IMG/VR virus record: IMGVR_UViG_2703718783_000010 | DNA from: a virus | Lineage: Duplodnaviria; Heunggongvirae; Uroviricota; Caudoviricetes | Length of the DNA: 4,613 bases | Strand: one strand, 5' to 3' | In this document: in pieces, positions 1 to 4,613 of the stretch | Numbering within the stretch: position 1 is the first letter of the stretch | Layout of the letters: each line of letters begins with the position of its first letter | Program-made: the position numbers and the translations under genes | The notes under the pieces: generated by a model | The model's input: only the letters and a program-made list of their open reading frames with translations | Told to the model about the DNA's origin: nothing | The model's database searches: none

Positions 1-879
1 GTCCACACCTTATCCGACGGCCGGTCCTGCACGAACGTCAGCGTCTGCCGGTTCCATACCGGCATACAGCGCATCGCAGAGCAGAAATCACTGAGCACAT
101 CCCACGCCTTGCGCTGTGTGGTCAGGTACGCATTACAGGTGATGCGCGGCTCCGTGCCGCCAAAACCGTCCGGCACTGACTGGTCGCAGTACTGGCCGAT
201 GACATACAGCGCCCATTTATCCACATCCGCCGCACCAAGACGTTTCCCCATGCCGTAGCGCGGGTGGGTCAGCATATCCCACAGACACCAGGCCATGTTG
301 TTGCTGTATGCCGGTTTCAACGTTCCGTCCCAGATACCGCTGTATTGCCGCGTCTGCGGGTTATAATTCGACGGCACCTGCAGAATACGCCCGCGCAGAT
401 GATAATTACGGCTCACCTGCTGGNNNNNNNNNNNNNNNNNNNNNNNNNNNNNNNNNNNNNNNNNCCAGCAGGCGGACTTCCGACGGATTCCTGTCACCCT
501 TTGAGGTGGTTTCCACCAGTGCCTGCACACCGAAGGTAAAGCGCAGACGGTCGATGTTTGCCGACGTGATGGTCCGGGTGATCGGCGTGTCGTATTTCAC
601 TTCCGTACCCAGCACCGTCTCGGATCCGGAGGATTCAAATCCCTCCGGCGGTGTCTGTTCCTGCTCACCTGCCCGGAACACCACCGTGACACCAGAGATG
701 TTGGTATTCCCCTCACTGTCCAGCACCGGCGTACTGTTCAGCAGCACGCTTTTTAACCCATCCACCGGACCTTCAATCGGCCCTTCGCTGATGGCATCGA
801 TCACACTCAGCAACTGCGTGGATTTCAGGTTGTCCTTCGCTTCGCGCGGGGTATGCCCCTTACTGCTACCTTTACCCAT
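1..879 (-). CDS. J: Tail tip / host-specificity protein J (central tail fibre), N-terminal part. Start codon at 879..877; the gene continues past position 1 (3'-partial) and is interrupted by the N-run at 424..464.
   Basis: Minus-strand translation from 879 reads MGKGSSKGHTPREAKDNLKSTQLLSVIDAISEGPIEGPVDGLKSVLLNSTPVLD...NIDRLRFTFGVQALVETTSKGDRNPSEVRLL, which I recognise as the lambda gpJ N-terminus. Below the gap (from 422 downward) the translation resumes as SQQVSRNYHLRGRILQVPSNYNPQTRQYSGIWDGT..., also recognisably gpJ. GGAG lies 8 nt upstream of the ATG (plus 888..891). The frame is 0 mod 3 above the gap and 2 mod 3 below it, so the 41 N do not preserve frame. Confidence 0.93.
424..464. other. 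Run of 41 N: assembly gap or masked segment inside the J coding region
   Basis: Literal n characters in the sequence. The J reading frame is recognisable on both sides but shifted by one base, and roughly 90 residues of lambda-J-like sequence between ...EVRLL and SQQVSR... are unaccounted for. Confidence 0.99.
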
Positions 880-888
880 TCCTCATGC

Positions 889-921
889 TCCATAAACGAC
901 AAAACCGCCCGCAGGCGGTTT
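889..921 (-). terminator. Stem-loop with downstream U-rich tract in the I-J intergenic spacer (weak intrinsic-terminator-like or RNA-stabilising hairpin)
   Basis: On the gene (minus) strand the spacer reads AAACCGCC-TGCG-GGCGGTTTT-GTCGTTTATGGAG. This is a perfect 8-bp stem (plus 902..909 pairing with 914..921) with a 4-nt loop, followed by a T-rich stretch that runs into the J Shine-Dalgarno. Seen directly; function is inferred. Confidence 0.35.
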
Positions 922-939
922 CACATAAAACATTTTGCA

Positions 940-1581
940 TCAGCGACCAATCACCACAACCTGACCACCATCCCCTTCGTCTGCCGTGCTGATCTCCTGA
1001 GAAACCACCCGCGACCCCACACGCATTTCACCGTACAGAACAGGCAAAACATTGCCCTGAGCAACCATGTTATCCAGTGATGAGAAATACGTGTTCTGCT
1101 TACCGTTATCCGTGCTGGTCGTTGTTGCGGTACTCGCTTTCGGTGCCAGCATCTGTGCAACACCGCCAAGCGTCATCGCCGCACCCATTGAAAAGAGAAT
1201 GTCACTGAAAGCGATACTGATCCCCGGCATCCAGATTGCCGTAGCAATCAACGCCGCACCCAGCACCGCCTGAAACACACCGCCACTTTTTGCTCCCGCA
1301 AGACGCGGCACGATGTGGATCACTGCACCATTTGCCAGCGGCTCATTAAGACGGGATGATAATTCGGTTTCGCCTGCATCACGCCCGGCAATCCGCACCT
1401 GATACCAGCCGTCGCTCAGTTTCTGACGAAACGCCGGGAGCTGTGTGGCCAGTGCGCGGATGGCTTCAGCCCCCGTTTTCACACGAAGGTCGATGCGGCG
1501 GCCAAATCGTTGCAAATCCCCGTAAAGGCAGATGCGCGCCATGCCCGGTGACGCCAGAGGGAGTGTGTGCGTCGCTGCCAT
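940..1581 (-). CDS. I: Tail tip assembly protein I, 213 aa: N-terminal ubiquitin-like (beta-grasp) domain ending near a Gly-Gly, then a hydrophobic Gly/Ala-rich segment and a conserved C-terminus
   Basis: Translation MAATHTLPLASPGMARICLYGDLQRFGRRIDLRVKTGAEAIRALATQLPAFRQKLSDGWYQVRIAGRD...TDNGKQNTYFSSLDNMVAQGNVLPVLYGEMRVGSRVVSQEISTADEGDGGQVVVIGR matches lambda gpI at both ends. Stop TGA at 942..940. Its first 103 nt overlap the 3' end of K in another frame, as in lambda. Confidence 0.9.
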   Translation of the reverse strand: MAATHTLPLASPGMARICLYGDLQRFGRRIDLRVKTGAEAIRALATQLPAFRQKLSDGWYQVRIAGRDAGETELSSRLNEPLANGAVIHIVPRLAGAKSGGVFQAVLGAALIATAIWMPGISIAFSDILFSMGAAMTLGGVAQMLAPKASTATTTSTDNGKQNTYFSSLDNMVAQGNVLPVLYGEMRVGSRVVSQEISTADEGDGGQVVVIGR

Positions 1582-2222
1582 TTGTCGGTATACCTCTCTC
1601 GTTTGCTCAGTTGTTCAGGAATATGGTGCAGCAGCTCGCCGTCACCACAGTAAATGGCGGCATGATTCGGCACCGATGAACCAAAACAGCACTGCAGCAC
1701 ATCGCCAGGCTGCGCCTCTGTCAGTGCGACACGGTAAAAACCCGTCGCCTCCATATTGTCAAGATAGAGATTCTGACCGTGACGCCACCAGTCATCCTCC
1801 CGGTGAAAATCCGGCAGTTCAGTCCCCGCCAGATGATAAGCGTCCCGGAACAGCGCGTAACAGTCCGTCACCCCGTGCTCAAAGCGCCGCCCGGTGAGAT
1901 GCGGCACACAGCGGAACTTATGAATCGCCCCCCGGCAGACCAGCCACCACGGCAAATCACTCTGCACCTGCAGCCGCCGGTCAGCCTCACTCAGCCAGGG
2001 CAGACCACTGGGGTGGCTGTGGACCAGCGCCACAATCTCACCCTGCATTTCTGCCTGCAGCCAGTCCTCCGGAGCCATCCGGAAATAATCCTCCGGCTCA
2101 CCGGAAATATTCACGCAGGGAAAATAGCTTTCCCCCTCCGGCGTTCTCACCACGAAGCCGCACGACTCCGCTGGCGCACATCGCCGGGCGTGCGCCAGAA
2201 TCGCTGATTCTGTCTCTGTCAT
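1479..2222 (-). CDS. K: Tail tip assembly protein K, 247 aa: N-terminal JAMM/MPN-type metalloprotease motif plus C-terminal NlpC/P60-type Cys/His peptidase domain
   Basis: Translation MTETESAILAHARRCAPAESCGFVVRTPEGESYFPCVNISGEPEDYFRMAPEDWLQAEMQGEIVALVHSHPSGLPWLSEADRR... matches lambda gpK. HSHPSGLPWLSEAD fits the JAMM consensus HxHx7Sx2D (H68, H70, S78, D81), with candidate upstream Glu residues (E19, E29, E31). NlpC/P60-like candidates are C121 (DCYALF) and H187/H199 (HAAIYCGDGELLHH). The start at 2222..2220 lies 4 nt after the L stop. The track's longer ORF (start 2297) would overlap the L C-terminus by 71 nt and is not preferred. Confidence 0.88.
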   Translation of the reverse strand: MTETESAILAHARRCAPAESCGFVVRTPEGESYFPCVNISGEPEDYFRMAPEDWLQAEMQGEIVALVHSHPSGLPWLSEADRRLQVQSDLPWWLVCRGAIHKFRCVPHLTGRRFEHGVTDCYALFRDAYHLAGTELPDFHREDDWWRHGQNLYLDNMEATGFYRVALTEAQPGDVLQCCFGSSVPNHAAIYCGDGELLHHIPEQLSKRERYTDKWQRRTHSLWRHRAWRASAFTGICNDLAAASTFV

Positions 2223-2226
2223 GGGA

Positions 2227-2925
2227 TTACTGCGAAAGTTTGTTAATGGAAAGGAAGCCGCCAAAGTTGCCGACGTTATTGCGGAACTTACAGCCACTCA
2301 GGCATTTGCTGCATTTATCCTTCGTGATATCGGACGTCGGCTGGTCATATTCATCCGCGACCGCCGGACCGCTATAACCGCACTCATCACCGCGATAGGT
2401 CCAGGTGCAGGTGTTGGCCAGCATGATGCGCCCCGGAAAAACAGCACCATCCGTTTCCGTCGGCGTGGACAACACAAAGGAGGCACTGACCGCGCTCAGT
2501 TCGCTGCACTGCTCGACGCGCCAGCGGCTGATCACCTCCTGCTCCGGATCGGCATCACTGTTTCCGTTGACGAAATTCACCGCATCCAGAAAACGGGCGT
2601 AAACCTTACGCCTGACCACCGTTCCGCCGACCAGACTCTGCAGATCTTCCACCATCCCGGTGACCATACCGTACAGGTTAGAAACCGTCAGCGTGGGGCG
2701 CGTACTGGTGCCTTTGCCATTCAGTTCAAAACCGCTCCCCTGAATGGGATACGCCTGATACTGTCGCCCCTGCCAGGTGACCGGCTCACCTTTTTCGTTC
2801 TGCTCATTACAGAAAAAATAACGTTCTCCACCGACCTCTGTCAGATCGATTTCCCAGAGCACCACGCTGGCCGACTGCTCCGCACGGGTGCATTCATTCA
2901 GTGTTTCCTGTTGGATATCCTGCAT
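2227..2925 (-). CDS. L: Minor tail protein L, 232 aa, with C-terminal cysteine cluster (putative Fe-S site)
   Basis: Translation MQDIQQETLNECTRAEQSASVVLWEIDLTEVGGERYFFCNEQNEKGEPVTWQGRQYQAYPIQGSGFELNGKGTSTRPTLTVSNLYGMV... matches lambda gpL. Start ATG 2925..2923 overlaps the M stop TGA 2927..2925 (ATGA). GGTGG lies 7 nt upstream of the ATG. Stop TAA at 2229..2227. Confidence 0.95.
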   Translation of the reverse strand: MQDIQQETLNECTRAEQSASVVLWEIDLTEVGGERYFFCNEQNEKGEPVTWQGRQYQAYPIQGSGFELNGKGTSTRPTLTVSNLYGMVTGMVEDLQSLVGGTVVRRKVYARFLDAVNFVNGNSDADPEQEVISRWRVEQCSELSAVSASFVLSTPTETDGAVFPGRIMLANTCTWTYRGDECGYSGPAVADEYDQPTSDITKDKCSKCLSGCKFRNNVGNFGGFLSINKLSQ

Positions 2926-3254
2926 CAGTTCACCACCTGTTCAAACTCTGCGCTGAACTCAACACGCAGCATACTGACCCGCGACGACCATTTTGCGCAG
3001 GTCACCTTTATCTGCCGCCACTCATAAGGCGGCGTCCACAGAAAGGCTTTCCAGCCCCCGTGCTCAGCCAGAAACGACTCCAGCGCTGTGGCCTCCCAAC
3101 GGGGAACAGAAAGCGTCACACTGTACGTTTTCAGGTCAGCGTTCAGCCCGGCAGGCGCTCGCTGGGAATAGCCATCACCAAAGCGCACCTTTCTTACGGA
3201 AGGGGCCGAAGCCACATCCATACCGGGTTTCACTTTCCAGCGGAAGGTTTTCAT
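2925..3254 (-). CDS. M: Minor tail protein M, 109 aa
   Basis: Translation MKTFRWKVKPGMDVASAPSVRKVRFGDGYSQRAPAGLNADLKTYSVTLSVPRWEATALESFLAEHGGWKAFLWTPPYEWRQIKVTCAKWSSRVSMLRVEFSAEFEQVVN matches lambda gpM. Start ATG 3254..3252 overlaps the H stop TGA 3253..3251 (ATGA). GGAGG lies 6 nt upstream (plus 3262..3266). Confidence 0.95.
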   Translation of the reverse strand: MKTFRWKVKPGMDVASAPSVRKVRFGDGYSQRAPAGLNADLKTYSVTLSVPRWEATALESFLAEHGGWKAFLWTPPYEWRQIKVTCAKWSSRVSMLRVEFSAEFEQVVN

Positions 3255-4613
3255 CGTCCACCTCCGGAGAACAGACCACCATCGCGCATCTGCCCGGTCA
3301 CAACATCCATTGCCGCCTTACGGGCTACGTCATAAACAGCCTTCAGTGCCTGTGGCCCTATCTGACCGTTCGTGCCGTCGTTGTTAATCACCACATGGTT
3401 ATTCTGCTCAAACGTCCCGGACGCCTGCGACCGGCTGTCTGCCATGCTGCCCGGTGTACCGACATAACCGCCGGTGGCATAGCCGCGCATCAGCCGGTAG
3501 AGATTCCCCACGCCAATCCGGCTGGTTGCCTCCTTCGTGAAGACAAACTCACCACGGTGAACAATCCCCGCTGGCTCATATTTGCCGCCGGTTCCCGTAA
3601 ATCCCCCGGTCGCAAAATGGAATTTCGCCGCAGCGGCCTGAATGGCTGTACCACCTGACGCGGATGCTCCACCACTGGCAGCACCGCCAATGGCGCTGCC
3701 GATACTCCCGACAATCCCCACCATTGCCTGCTTAAGCAGAATTTCTGTCATCATGGACAGCACGGAACGGGTGAAGCTGCGCCAGTTCTGTTCACTGCCG
3801 GTCAGCATCGCCGCCATATTCTGTGCAATACCATCAAAGGTCTGCGTGGCAGCACTTTTAACCTGCGACATACTGTCCGTGGCGCTCTCTTCCCACTCAC
3901 TCCAGCCGGACTTCAGGCCTGCCATCCAGCTCCCGCGAAGCTGGTCTTCAGCCGCCCAGGTCTTTTTCTGCTCTGACATGACGTTATTCAGCGCCAGCGG
4001 ATTATCGCCATACTGTTCCTTCAGACGCTGTTCCGTGGCTTCCCGCGCTGCCTGCCGGTCAGTCAGCCCCCGGCTTTTCGCATCAATGGCGGCCCGTTTT
4101 GCCCGTTGCTGCTGTGCGAATTTATCCGCCTGCTGCGCCAGCGCATTCAGGTGCTCCTGATACGTGACCTTATCGCCAAGTGCAGCCAGCTGGCGCTTGT
4201 ACTCCAGCGTCTCGTCTTTATGCGCCAGCAGGGATTTCTCCTGTGCAGACAGCTGGCGACGTTGCGCCGCCTCCTCCAGTACCGCGAACTGATTCTCCGC
4301 CTTCCACAAATCCCGGCGCTGCTGGCTGATTTTCTCATTCGCTCCGGCATGCTTCTCCAGCGTCCGGAGTTCTGCCTGAAGCGTCAGCAGGGCAGCATGA
4401 GCACTGTCTTCCTGACGATCGCCCGCAGACACCTTCACGCCGGACTGCTTCGGCTTTTTCAGCGTAGCTTCATAATCCTTTTTCGCTGCCGCCATCAGCG
4501 TGTTGTAATCTGCCTGCAGGATTTTCCCGTCTTTCAGTGCCTTATTCAGTTCTTCCTGACGGGAGGTATATTTCTCCAGCGGCGTTTGCAGGCGTTCGTA
4601 AGCCTTCTGCGCC
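3251..4613 (-). CDS. H: Tail tape measure protein H, C-terminal ~453 codons (5'-partial; the gene begins beyond the right edge)
   Basis: The minus-strand frame is open from the window edge (AQKAYERLQTPLEKYTSRQEELNKALKDGKILQADYNTLMAAAKKDYEATLKK...) through to ...MDVVTGQMRDGGLFSGGGR and stop TGA 3253..3251. It has a long Ala/Gln/Lys/Glu-rich helical region, a Gly/Ala/Ser-rich tract and the characteristic gpH C-terminus. The Met at 4495 in the ORF track is internal, not the true start. Confidence 0.95.
   Translation of the reverse strand, partial: AQKAYERLQTPLEKYTSRQEELNKALKDGKILQADYNTLMAAAKKDYEATLKKPKQSGVKVSAGDRQEDSAHAALLTLQAELRTLEKHAGANEKISQQRRDLWKAENQFAVLEEAAQRRQLSAQEKSLLAHKDETLEYKRQLAALGDKVTYQEHLNALAQQADKFAQQQRAKRAAIDAKSRGLTDRQAAREATEQRLKEQYGDNPLALNNVMSEQKKTWAAEDQLRGSWMAGLKSGWSEWEESATDSMSQVKSAATQTFDGIAQNMAAMLTGSEQNWRSFTRSVLSMMTEILLKQAMVGIVGSIGSAIGGAASGGASASGGTAIQAAAAKFHFATGGFTGTGGKYEPAGIVHRGEFVFTKEATSRIGVGNLYRLMRGYATGGYVGTPGSMADSRSQASGTFEQNNHVVINNDGTNGQIGPQALKAVYDVARKAAMDVVTGQMRDGGLFSGGGR

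Noticed and set aside
416-472. Inverted 8-mers flanking the N-run (cctgctgg ... ccagcagg), which could suggest a hairpin or insertion-site signature
   Set aside because: Both 8-mers are ordinary coding sequence of J (Leu-Leu codons on one side, Gln-Gln on the other) and are about 270 bp apart in the intact gene. Their apparent proximity is an artefact of the gap.
308-895. Plus-strand ORFs of 195 aa and 91 aa (264..539) overlapping the N-run
   Set aside because: They are antisense to the J N-terminus and read through the N-run (X residues), so their length is an artefact of the missing stops in the gap.
853-1273. Plus-strand ORFs 853..1080 and 1067..1273, and minus-strand ORF 951..1169
   Set aside because: They overlap the conserved C-terminal half of I in the wrong frame or strand. 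The first also spans the I-J spacer but has no ribosome-binding site and would read through the hairpin.
1532-2207. Plus-strand ORFs 1532..1897 (121 aa), 1779..2207 (142 aa) and 1356..1679 (107 aa)
   Set aside because: They are antisense to K and I, whose minus-strand products carry intact, recognisable catalytic motifs and lambda-like sequence.
2223-2297. Longer K start at 2297 (272-aa ORF in the track)
   Set aside because: The extra 25 codons (MAVSSAITSATLAASFPLTNFRSNP) overlap the 3' end of L in another frame and are not part of the lambda-like K sequence. The MTETES start at 2222, just after the L stop, is the better-supported start.
2221-3027. Plus-strand ORF of 268 aa (also 2993..3658 at 221 aa, 2901..3335 at 144 aa, 2405..2602 at 65 aa)
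   Set aside because: These lie entirely antisense to the recognisable L, M and H genes. The translations are low-complexity and Arg/Pro/Ser-rich, typical of shadow ORFs in GC-rich coding DNA, with no recognisable family and no spare coding space.
3642-4160. Plus-strand ORF of 172 aa, and short minus-strand ORFs 3490..3714 and 4147..4350
   Set aside because: All lie inside the tape measure gene H in other frames. They are Ala/Arg/Ser/Cys-rich shadow ORFs with no start context.
1-4613. Search for CRISPR repeats, tandem repeats, tRNA-like structures, Chi sites (GCTGGTGG) and promoter-like -35/-10 pairs
   Set aside because: None found by eye. The window is continuous coding sequence of a late operon transcribed from far upstream, so internal promoters are neither expected nor evident.

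Overview
This window is the distal tail-assembly module of a lambda-like (lambdoid) siphovirus or prophage, with every gene on the minus strand in the canonical order H, M, L, K, I, J. It holds the 3' two-thirds of the tape measure gene H (running off the right edge), complete M, L, K and I, and the 5' part of J (running off the left edge and interrupted by a 41-N gap). The proteins match phage lambda gpH/gpM/gpL/gpK/gpI/gpJ nearly residue for residue as far as I can recall them. I see no novel or undescribed system here: all plus-strand ORFs in the track are antisense shadows of these genes. The points worth a second look are the N-gap inside J, an apparently divergent central segment of I, the K/I protease and ubiquitin-like pairing, a hairpin in the only real intergenic spacer (I-J), and the Cys cluster of L. 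All homology statements come from reading the translations, not from a database search.
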